DNA of 26,777 nucleotides, taken from an uncultured archaeon (GTDB lineage: Archaea > Asgardarchaeota > Thorarchaeia > Thorarchaeales > Thorarchaeaceae). Below are positions 1-7,912 of the stretch, in pieces. A program made the translations under genes and the position numbers. The notes under the pieces are model-generated. The model was not told where the DNA came from. It did no database searches and saw only the letters and a list, made by a program, of their open reading frames with translations. Where the stretch lies: the NCBI GenBank assembly GCA_964631415.1, contig CAZVZC010000031.1, forward strand, positions 1 through 26,777, given 5' to 3'. Numbering within the stretch: the first letter of the stretch is position 1; each line of letters opens with the position of its first letter.

Positions 1-75
1 GAGCCCGCATTGGGAGAGCTGGAACGATCTATCTATGGGAGTGAGAACGATGGTCCGAGAGAAGGGGACCAGTGA
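1..75 (+). CDS. 3' end of an upstream CDS, probably an ABC transporter ATP-binding subunit (partial)
   Basis: Frame 1 reads EPALGELERSIYGSENDGPREGDQ* (TGA 73-75). It resembles the EPSLEDxF-type tail of ABC-2 ATPases and overlaps the start of a permease gene. Confidence 0.4.
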   Translation, partial: EPALGELERSIYGSENDGPREGDQ

Positions 76-970
76 CGCCACTGTCTCACTGATAAACAGG
101 AGTGCCCGGGCGGTCAAGAGCTTCGTCACTCTGTTCTCGATGTATGTCAGAGAGAGCCTGACTCGACTTCCCGTCCTCTGGATGCTCGTGTTCTTCCTCT
201 TCGGGATTGGCGCGTTGCTCGTGGGTTTCTTCAGGGAACCTGAGGTGAGCGACATGGTTGATCACATCTCTGGGATGCAGCTACCCGAACAGGCAATCTA
301 CGGAGCAGCAATAGTCATAGCGAGAGTCGTGGGGCCTCTCGCAGGAGTTCAACTCCTTGCTTTGATCTACGTGGTGTTTCAGGGCGCATCCCATGGCATC
401 AGAGAACAGGAGAGGACCATTATGACACAGCCTGTCAGTCCTCGAGCCATTGGAGCTGCCCGGGTGTTGGTGACAACGATGCCGATCATTCTTGTGCGGA
501 CTGCTCTCATCTTGATAGGGTTCGGTCTGTACTCGTGGAGGTTGTCCGTGTCTAGCGCGGACTTCGTGTACCTCCTCCTTCCTACAGTCTGGGCGCCTGT
601 CCTTGTATGCATGATTCATGACCTGTTCCTGTATTCAGCCATGTTCTTTCTGAGCCGAATGCTTGCACATCCAGTTCTTGGCCTAGCGGCCGCGTATCTG
701 ATTTCCTTCCCGTCCTTCGTCAATGATGCGTTAGCGACGAACTGGGCCAACTATGTTCCAGGGGGACTGCTCTCTTCGGAGCGTGTTGTCCTGTTCTTGT
801 TCTATTCGGTCCTTATGCCGAGTCAGTTTTCATACATCGCATGGCAGTCTGAAATAGGAAGTGAGTTCGTGCGCTCGGGACTCGTTCAAGTCCTCAGCAT
901 CTGGATCGTAGGCAGCCTCCTTTTCGCGTGGCTTGCTGTCGAGATCACTCGTAGACTGAGTCAGAGCTGA
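35..970 (+). CDS. ABC-2 type exporter permease-like membrane protein
   Basis: About 6 hydrophobic segments. 'IREQERTIMTQPVSPRAIGAARVL' resembles the ExExGT..LL..P.SR..I..GK signature of ABC-2 permeases. The start may be ATG 50. Confidence 0.6.
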   Translation: MGVRTMVREKGTSDATVSLINRSARAVKSFVTLFSMYVRESLTRLPVLWMLVFFLFGIGALLVGFFREPEVSDMVDHISGMQLPEQAIYGAAIVIARVVGPLAGVQLLALIYVVFQGASHGIREQERTIMTQPVSPRAIGAARVLVTTMPIILVRTALILIGFGLYSWRLSVSSADFVYLLLPTVWAPVLVCMIHDLFLYSAMFFLSRMLAHPVLGLAAAYLISFPSFVNDALATNWANYVPGGLLSSERVVLFLFYSVLMPSQFSYIAWQSEIGSEFVRSGLVQVLSIWIVGSLLFAWLAVEITRRLSQS

Positions 971-1752
971 TGGGGGCATCGGAGAAGATGACCTCGGCCC
1001 TGATGCGATGTGCAACCCTCATCCTTGTCTCAGGTACTCACATATCAGCCATCGTTGGGCTTGTCTTGATGATTACCGGGAGTCTAGTGAGACACATCTC
1101 ACTCTTGGCTGTTGGGGCAACAGAGGGTCTAGTCTATGCAGCACTGGAGGCGGAGTTTCAAGGTGGAGGGAATCTTACACTTGTGGCCTTGATAATGAGT
1201 GGCGTTCTGTTCCAGATGTTCCTTTCAGAGTCGCAGCTGCAGAAAGACGTAGGACTGGTGCTACAGCCAGTAGAGAGAGTCCACATATACGGTAGTAGAC
1301 TCCTCCTCGACCTCCTAATGGTCCTAGCGTACTTCGTATACGTCATGGGGTTCTACTCTTATCTTTCTGTAACCCTGAGCGATCCTGAGTTCCTCGGGTT
1401 TGGATTAGCAGTTGTGGTGGTGGGTTCTTGCCTCGTCTTCATGGTCCACGCCATTGTGTTCCTCCTCACTGTGCTTCCCATTGACGACATGCAGAAGGGC
1501 GCGTTACTGGTGATCTTAGCCATCTTTTGTGTCTCCTCTCCAGTAGGAACTGGCGGAGTCTCATCGACCCTCTTCATGTTCCTTGCGCCAGTCATCGTTG
1601 GATTGCTCCCTTCTGCACTAGTCGAATCACTCGAACAGGCAACAGGGACAACGCTGGAACCCTCAGTCCTGCCGCTGGTGTCGATCGTCCTTTTGTTCGG
1701 AATGGCGTGCATCGTCTACGTTTCAGTCCTCAGACGGAGAGAGTTCCCCTAG
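970..1752 (+). CDS. Second ABC-2 type permease-like membrane protein
   Basis: About 6 TM segments. 'VGLVLQPVERVHIYGSRLLL' is an ABC-2-like motif and the C-terminus is 'LRRREFP'. Translationally coupled to the previous gene (TGATG overlap at 968-972). Confidence 0.6.
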   Translation: MGASEKMTSALMRCATLILVSGTHISAIVGLVLMITGSLVRHISLLAVGATEGLVYAALEAEFQGGGNLTLVALIMSGVLFQMFLSESQLQKDVGLVLQPVERVHIYGSRLLLDLLMVLAYFVYVMGFYSYLSVTLSDPEFLGFGLAVVVVGSCLVFMVHAIVFLLTVLPIDDMQKGALLVILAIFCVSSPVGTGGVSSTLFMFLAPVIVGLLPSALVESLEQATGTTLEPSVLPLVSIVLLFGMACIVYVSVLRRREFP

Positions 1753-1940
1753 AAAGAGGCCGCGACTGTCACACTCTGCCTTCATCCTGAAGAACCTGAG
1801 GAATCAGTTTGCCGTGGGGGCAAGAGTCCGGAAACCACTTCTGCTGCCCTCCCTGTGACAGATGCGTTCATGTCGATGTGAATGCAACCAGAAACATAAT
1901 CCTGTTCCTTCGAGGTCCGAGAGATGTTCCTAGGAGGAGA

Positions 1941-1950
1941 GCATATATGT
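1941..1950 (+). promoter_or_regulatory. Putative archaeal TATA box for the pfkB-like gene
   Basis: GCATATATGT preceded by purine-rich AGGAGGAGA (BRE-like), about 35 nt upstream of ATG 1982. Confidence 0.4.
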
Positions 1951-1981
1951 CATCTCTGTCCAGCTCACAGCGAGCGGTTCT

Positions 1982-2896
1982 ATGTCACAAGTGCGGCCTG
2001 GACTGGAGATTGTTGTCGTAGGCCATCTCAGTAGGGACCTTCTAATCACACCCGATTTGACACGTGAGTCGCTGGGTGGCGGGACCGCCTATGCCATGCT
2101 TGCACCTGCCGTGGGTGCAATGGGGTCGGGAATAGTCACGCGGGTCGGACAGGATTTCAATCAGGAGTACATGAATGCTCTCAAGATGTCAGGTCTCGAT
2201 CTCACAGGACTGAGAACAAGTGGGCCTCACACTACGCGTTTTGTCAATATGTATGACGCTCAGGGTAACAGGACACAACGAGTCGAGGCCGTTGCACCCT
2301 CCCTAAGAGGAGATGATTACCTCAGTCACCATCTACACTCAACCATCTTCCATTTCTGTCCGTTAACAGCCGCGGAACTGCACCTGTCGTGCCTTGAAGT
2401 TGCAGACACGTCCGGAGCGTTTGTGTCCCTTGATGTTCAAGGATACCTCCGGGCAATAGAAGGCGACCGAGTGGTGCCTAGGAACTGGGATGAACGTGAT
2501 GAAGTTCTAAGGTACGTGGACTCGGTCAAGTTCGATGACAAGGAGCTCAAGGTCGCCTATGGGAAGATACCCGAGGCATTAGCCGTGGAGAAGATCACAA
2601 GGCTTGGCCCGAAGATCGTGATAGTGACCCGCGACCGAAGGGGATCCACGATATACACGCGCAACAGGCATACCGACATCCCTCTTGTTCTCGCGGACAA
2701 GTTCGTAGACGCCACAGGGTGCGGGGACACGTACACAGTGGGGTTCTTGCTGGAGTATATGCGGACGGGCGACATCAAGAGGGCAGGGCTGTTTGGTGCC
2801 ACCTGTGCTTCCTACAATCTGGAAACCGTAGGTCCATATGACATGCCGAGTCGCGAGCAGGTCGAGAAGCGGATGAAGCCCTACCTGTATTCGTGA
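1982..2896 (+). CDS. PfkB/ribokinase-family carbohydrate or nucleoside kinase
   Basis: N-terminal VVGHLSRD, GGG motif, RVGQDF, SLDVQG, and the C-terminal PfkB signature DATGCGDTY. Confidence 0.9.
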   Translation: MSQVRPGLEIVVVGHLSRDLLITPDLTRESLGGGTAYAMLAPAVGAMGSGIVTRVGQDFNQEYMNALKMSGLDLTGLRTSGPHTTRFVNMYDAQGNRTQRVEAVAPSLRGDDYLSHHLHSTIFHFCPLTAAELHLSCLEVADTSGAFVSLDVQGYLRAIEGDRVVPRNWDERDEVLRYVDSVKFDDKELKVAYGKIPEALAVEKITRLGPKIVIVTRDRRGSTIYTRNRHTDIPLVLADKFVDATGCGDTYTVGFLLEYMRTGDIKRAGLFGATCASYNLETVGPYDMPSREQVEKRMKPYLYS

Positions 2897-2949
2897 ACGG
2901 AAGGCTTTTTCACTGACGCTTATCGCAGCCCTCCACACCGGGTGTTATC

Positions 2950-4134
2950 ATGCTCGATGACTTGGACCGTCTTATGGAAATCGCAGGCATTGATGCCATT
3001 GTGGCTGAAGGCAGCGCTTTCGAAGTGCCTGACATCTTCTGGATGACTGGCTTTCGTTCAACCGACTCGATAATCTGCCTCAAGAGCCGGAACGAACCCC
3101 AAGTAGTTGCTGCAGGATTCAATACCTTGGATCGCATACAAAGCGAGAGTTTCGTCAAGCGTACACATGATCTAACAGAGCTTTACATAGGACTGATGCG
3201 AGAGAACAAGAGAGCGCAGGAGAATCCCGAGATTGTCTATCGCGATGTCCTGAAGAGCCTCTTTACCGGAAAGGTCCTAGGTGTACCTGACCATATCCCT
3301 GCGAGAGTGCTTGTGGCGATCCAGAAGTTGGGTTACGATGTGAGAGTCATGCCCGACCTACTGAAGGAAGCTCGCGCAAGGAAGTCCGATGCTGAGATAA
3401 AGACCATCAGGAAGGCCGGTGATGCCACTATTGAAAGCATGACCGAGGCTTTTCAGATGATAAGGGATTCCAGCGTGGGTCCCAACAAGACACTGATCTA
3501 CAAGGGTCAACCGCTCACCGTAGGTGACTTCAAGCTGAAGCTCGAGATAGCTCTGGTCACGAGGTCTGCAGAGTCCGCTGAGGATGCAATTGTGGATGTC
3601 GGGAAGAAGGGCTTCGACTACCACTATCTTGGTGCACCACGGGACGTGCTGAAGGCAGGGGAGCCCATTATCGTCGATGTCTTTCCAAGGCTGAAGCTCG
3701 ACCGCTATGTCGCAGACATCACCCGCACTGTTGTCAAGGGTCCGATGAGCGATAGGGTCAAGAAAATGTATGATGCAGTCGCTGAGGCCAAAGCCGCCGC
3801 AGTAGACACACTCACTGATGGCGCAGTCATAGATGACGTGAACATGGCCTGCTTTCAGTCCTTGAAGGCGCATGGGTTTGATTCCAGAAGGCTCAACCCC
3901 ACTGCGACAGAGGGCATGACTCATGGTCTAGGTCATGGCATCGGTCTCGAGGTACACGAGAATCCTAACATGTACCACTATGCTGAGAAGTTCTCCGAGG
4001 GTCATGTTATCACGATTGAGCCGGGCGTCTATTTCAAGTCTGTCGGGGGAGTCCGCCTGGAGGATGACTATGTTGTGACAAAGGGCAAAGCGAAGCTGCT
4101 GACCCGGGGACTTGATGACGTGATATCAATGTGA
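2950..4134 (+). CDS. M24B Xaa-Pro aminopeptidase/prolidase family peptidase
   Basis: Metal-ligand motifs DVFP, ADITRT, HGLGHGIGLEVHE, TIEPGVY and RLEDD. Confidence 0.92.
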   Translation: MLDDLDRLMEIAGIDAIVAEGSAFEVPDIFWMTGFRSTDSIICLKSRNEPQVVAAGFNTLDRIQSESFVKRTHDLTELYIGLMRENKRAQENPEIVYRDVLKSLFTGKVLGVPDHIPARVLVAIQKLGYDVRVMPDLLKEARARKSDAEIKTIRKAGDATIESMTEAFQMIRDSSVGPNKTLIYKGQPLTVGDFKLKLEIALVTRSAESAEDAIVDVGKKGFDYHYLGAPRDVLKAGEPIIVDVFPRLKLDRYVADITRTVVKGPMSDRVKKMYDAVAEAKAAAVDTLTDGAVIDDVNMACFQSLKAHGFDSRRLNPTATEGMTHGLGHGIGLEVHENPNMYHYAEKFSEGHVITIEPGVYFKSVGGVRLEDDYVVTKGKAKLLTRGLDDVISM

Positions 4135-4149
4135 GTCGGACAGATAGTG

Positions 4150-5244
4150 TCATTCAGCACTGAGAGCATGTTCTGGACAGAGTGAGATGCAGAGTCCGCA
4201 GCCTACACACGCGGCAGTGTCAATGTTGAGGGTCTTCGCTTGACTATCCACATGCAAGGCCGAGTAGGCACATGACTTGGTACACAATCCACAGAGGGTA
4301 CATCTGTTTCTGTCCACACTGACAGGCGGCCTGAGCAAGCGTTTCTTCTTGAGATACGGCAATGCAACACCTCGGACTGACTCTACCGATGAGTAGTCAT
4401 GTGAATCGAGCCATTTGCGGATCTCCGTTGCGATTCTTCCATATACGGCAGGTCCTTCGAGTATCGCCGCAGTGCAGACTTGGACTGCAGATGCTCCGGC
4501 CATGAAGAACTCAATGGCGTCTTGACCGGTCGTGACGCCTCCTGAGGCTATGACTGGAACACTCACAGCTTGGGCAATATCTGCGACGCATCTCATGGCA
4601 ATGGGCCTGAGAGCTGCTCCACTCAACCATCCATAGCCATTCTCACTCCCCAGCACGGGACGGCATGTTTCGACATCAATCCTCAGGCATGGACCTAAGG
4701 TATTGATCGCCACTATGCCATCGACATGCGGCTCTAGGGTCTTTGCGACCTTGGCGACGTCCACTTGAGGGCTCAGCTTTGCGAACACCGGTACGGAAAC
4801 ACACTGTTTCAGGGTCTTGGCTATTTCAACATGGCCACCCACGTAGTGCGTGCTGAACTCGATGGCACTCACTCCAGCACTCTCGACCAGTGGACCGATC
4901 TTTGCCACGTCCTCAGGCGTATAGCCGATGCTCGCTATCAAGGGCAGACCTGCCGTCAGTGCTAGAGGGTACTCATGTTTGAGCCATCTCTCCAAAGGCA
5001 GCTCGCTCCAGAGCTCTGCGTTCAATAGTCCCCTCCTTGAGCCGACTCTGCCGCTCTCCACAGCAGCAATATTGGGCTTGGGCGCCTCGGCAGGCATGAT
5101 GCTGACCGTTTTCGCCACAAGGCCTCCTGCTCCACCCTTAGCAGCCTCCAGAAGCGTCGCACCGTCACGTGCCATCGGACCCGCTGCTGTCATGACCGGT
5201 GTCTTGAAGCTTAATCCGGATACCTGAACAGTAATGTCTGCCAC
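4150..5244 (-). CDS. PreA/dihydroorotate dehydrogenase-like FMN protein with C-terminal 2x[4Fe-4S] domain (non-canonical active site)
   Basis: TPVMTAAGP, AKT, GLLNAELWSE (PreA-like), AKLSP, INT, GWLSG, SGGV and GASAVQVCTA. C-terminal CTLCGLCTKSC and CVGCGLCISLCP. The usual NxSCP loop reads EFSTHY. Confidence 0.85.
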   Translation of the reverse strand: MADITVQVSGLSFKTPVMTAAGPMARDGATLLEAAKGGAGGLVAKTVSIMPAEAPKPNIAAVESGRVGSRRGLLNAELWSELPLERWLKHEYPLALTAGLPLIASIGYTPEDVAKIGPLVESAGVSAIEFSTHYVGGHVEIAKTLKQCVSVPVFAKLSPQVDVAKVAKTLEPHVDGIVAINTLGPCLRIDVETCRPVLGSENGYGWLSGAALRPIAMRCVADIAQAVSVPVIASGGVTTGQDAIEFFMAGASAVQVCTAAILEGPAVYGRIATEIRKWLDSHDYSSVESVRGVALPYLKKKRLLRPPVSVDRNRCTLCGLCTKSCAYSALHVDSQAKTLNIDTAACVGCGLCISLCPEHALSAE

Positions 5245-5299
5245 ATCAAAGGGTCATGCGGCGCCTGACATAAGAGTTCTGATGCCAGGGTCTTGCTGC

Positions 5300-7234
5300 T
5301 CATTGACTTGCCAACAGGCCTCGGTTCTCGAGGTCGCCTGCAACGGCATCCAGCTTGAGTCGGACGAGGGTTTCTTTCTTCGGGAATCCTGTTTTCAAAT
5401 CGCATCCGCGTTTAGTGTAGTACTCATCCAGCATGTAGTCTAGGTCAGGGAGACCGCCCTTTGCAGGTCCCGTCGGCATTGGCTCGGACAAGAGCCTCTT
5501 GGGAAGGGTCTCTTGTTCTCGAGTGATTCCAAGACGGTGGTTGTAGGCTCTCCTCAGGTGGCATATTCTCTCGGCAGCTTCTCTCACGAACTTCATACTG
5601 GACCACTCATCCATGCCCGTCAAAGGAGGAATCACGTTTGTGAAGGTCTCGAAATAGTAGACTGGTGGCCACATCGTACCATACTTGCATATCACAGCTG
5701 AGTCCACGAGTGCGTACAGGTCCTCGATGTCCTTGATCACCTCGCCCTTGTATATTGGCGACGTGATCTTCTTGATCTCCTCAAACTTCTCCTTGCCGAA
5801 TCTCTTGATGATCACCTCGGGATAGCCCAGTTCCTCGAGGCTTGACAGACTCCTGAGGTGGTCGGCTCCTCGTACATTCACAGCATAGGTCAGCCCTACA
5901 GACTGGTGCGCACGGGGGTCCTGTCCCGAAGCCTCAAGACCCTTGGAGTGGATTGCATACATCCAAGCATCACCCCCAATCCTCTCGGCCGCTTTTCTGG
6001 TCCCCAGTGCAAGGAGGTTTCCGATTCCCTCGCGCTTGGCAGTCATCTCTACGAGTTTCGCCATGGACTCGGCATTGCCCCAAGAGAGATCAAGACCACC
6101 GGTGTCCTTAGATGTGAGGATGCCTTTCTCCCAGAGCTCCATTAGAAACCCGATGGTCTTGCCACAGGATATGGTGTCCATCCCGAGCAGGTCACATCTC
6201 GTACCCATATAGAGCACAGATGCCAAGTCATTGTTCAGGCAGTTCGATCCGAAGGCCATGATGCTCTCATACTCGGAGCCACCAGCTGGGCCAATGGCGA
6301 ACGGCCCCTCTTTGACCCGGAAGATGTACTTGCACCCGATTGCGCAACCGTAGCAGGCCTCCTGTGCGATTCTGTACTGCTTCGAGATCGCCTCAGGTCC
6401 GATGTCATCTGCATGCTCATAGTAGCCAGTCCAATGGTTCTTCGTTGGGAGCCTGCCAATCTCGTTAATCATGGTCACGAGACCGGTGGTTCCGTACTTC
6501 CTGAGCGAGGCTATTGATTCCGTCCAGAGCGGGTCGCGCAGCTTTGCCATCTCTTGTTCATTGGCTTGGAGGTACTTGTCCATGTCATGAGCCTCAACGG
6601 CCAGTGAACCTGTCGCGGCTATCGCCTTGAGGTTCTTCGACCCCATGACTGCCCCCAGCCCCGTGCGGCCTGCTGCTCGATAGAAGTCTACTGTGATGCT
6701 CGCAAACAGCACCTGATTCTCTCCCGCTGGTCCTATCACTGCCACCTCGGTTGAGGGGTCCCTGTGTTCTTCCCGAATCATCGTTGCTGCCACGTTAGTT
6801 TCTCTGCCCCACAGGTGAGTAGCATCGCACAGCTCTGCCCTCCCATCGTTGAGGAAGAGATAGACAGGCTTGGGTGACCGTCCATGAAGGATGACTAGGT
6901 CAAACCCTGCGTACTTCATCTCAGGTCCCAAGAAACCACCCACATGGCTCTCAGCCCATATGCCGGTCAGAGGACTCTTTGAAGCGAACATCATTCTGCC
7001 TGATGGGGAGAACATTGCACCAGTGAGTGGTCCAGTAGCTGCGATGAGAACATTGTCGGGCGATAGAGGCTCTGTCTGTGGTCCAGTTCTCTCCCACAGT
7101 ATCCGGGCGCTGACGCCTGTCCCGCCGAGATAGAGTCGCGCCCATTCCTCCTCCATCTCTCTCTTGTTGACCTTCCCCTTGGTGAGGTCCACTTCGAGAT
7201 AGTGCCCAGCATATCCCTTGTAGCGGAACGGCAA
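5300..7234 (-). CDS. aor: Tungsten-containing aldehyde:ferredoxin oxidoreductase family protein
   Basis: KSPLTG, AAGRTGLGAVMGSKNLKAIA, CYGCAIGC, EYES, CDLLGMDTISCG, RGADH and DSAVICK. TTG start with GGAGG RBS, 2 nt after the stop of the ferredoxin-like gene. Confidence 0.93.
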   Translation of the reverse strand: MPFRYKGYAGHYLEVDLTKGKVNKREMEEEWARLYLGGTGVSARILWERTGPQTEPLSPDNVLIAATGPLTGAMFSPSGRMMFASKSPLTGIWAESHVGGFLGPEMKYAGFDLVILHGRSPKPVYLFLNDGRAELCDATHLWGRETNVAATMIREEHRDPSTEVAVIGPAGENQVLFASITVDFYRAAGRTGLGAVMGSKNLKAIAATGSLAVEAHDMDKYLQANEQEMAKLRDPLWTESIASLRKYGTTGLVTMINEIGRLPTKNHWTGYYEHADDIGPEAISKQYRIAQEACYGCAIGCKYIFRVKEGPFAIGPAGGSEYESIMAFGSNCLNNDLASVLYMGTRCDLLGMDTISCGKTIGFLMELWEKGILTSKDTGGLDLSWGNAESMAKLVEMTAKREGIGNLLALGTRKAAERIGGDAWMYAIHSKGLEASGQDPRAHQSVGLTYAVNVRGADHLRSLSSLEELGYPEVIIKRFGKEKFEEIKKITSPIYKGEVIKDIEDLYALVDSAVICKYGTMWPPVYYFETFTNVIPPLTGMDEWSSMKFVREAAERICHLRRAYNHRLGITREQETLPKRLLSEPMPTGPAKGGLPDLDYMLDEYYTKRGCDLKTGFPKKETLVRLKLDAVAGDLENRGLLASQ

Positions 7235-7236
7235 GT

Positions 7237-7743
7237 CTATACTTCCTCCTTCACGAGTCCATATGATGACGACAACGCCTCGATTCCGCCGTATCTCTCC
7301 CTAGCGCCATCGGGTTTGGTGGGAAGCATCACGATTGCGCCGTACGAGCATGCCTTGACACACGCAGGGTCGCCCTGACACAGATCGCATTTGATGGCCC
7401 TTCCTGTCGGCGGGTCCATCACTATTCCACCATAGATGCAGGCTGCCATACAGTCCTTGCATCCGATACACGATTCATCGTCGACAACCAGTATCTCCTT
7501 GGAGTTCTCTGCTATCGCACGGGTCGGACAAGATTCGGCACACAGGGGTTTCTCACACTGAAGACAGACCACTGGCAGTATCATGTTTCTGACCTCATCC
7601 TTGAGCACTTGGACTCTCGATCTGCGAGGGTTGAATGTCCCCGTGTGCACCGCGGAACAGGCGAGTTCGCAGTTTCGACAGCCTGTACATCGTTTGGTGT
7701 CAATAGCAAGGATGCTCTTCAAATGGACCGAACTCTCCATCAA
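7237..7743 (-). CDS. 4x[4Fe-4S] dicluster-domain protein (DmsB/HydN/CooF-like), probable AOR electron-transfer subunit
   Basis: CTGCRNCELAC, CLQCEKPLCAESCP, CIGCKDCMAAC and KCDLCQGDPACVKAC. Confidence 0.92.
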   Translation of the reverse strand: MMESSVHLKSILAIDTKRCTGCRNCELACSAVHTGTFNPRRSRVQVLKDEVRNMILPVVCLQCEKPLCAESCPTRAIAENSKEILVVDDESCIGCKDCMAACIYGGIVMDPPTGRAIKCDLCQGDPACVKACSYGAIVMLPTKPDGARERYGGIEALSSSYGLVKEEV

Positions 7744-7912
7744 CTCTGTTCGTGGACCCTCTGGACTGACGTACGGCCATTTAAGTTGTTGTCATTGTGA
7801 CCTTGTACTCATCACGACAAAGTATTAGAGGAACAGAACGGTTCTGCGTCTAGCGCCAGCTCGTCTTTCAGGCAAGCGCGCCTGTAAAACAGCCCTGTCA
7901 GTTGAGACACCG
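7744..7912. promoter_or_regulatory. Divergent promoter region between the AOR operon and the histidine kinase
   Basis: TTTAAG at 7780-7785 (CTTAAA on minus), AAAGTATTA at about 7819-7827, and the palindrome CAGAAC-G-GTTCTG at 7834-7846. Confidence 0.45.

Noticed and set aside
1753-1981. Possible SRP RNA, RNase P RNA or tRNA in the largest gap
   Set aside because: No SRP helix-8, RNase P P4 or T-loop/cloverleaf signature on either strand. An unknown ncRNA cannot be excluded without a covariance search.
3358-3924. 188-aa antisense ORF
   Set aside because: Lies entirely opposite the well-supported M24 peptidase and has no motifs. Shadow ORF.
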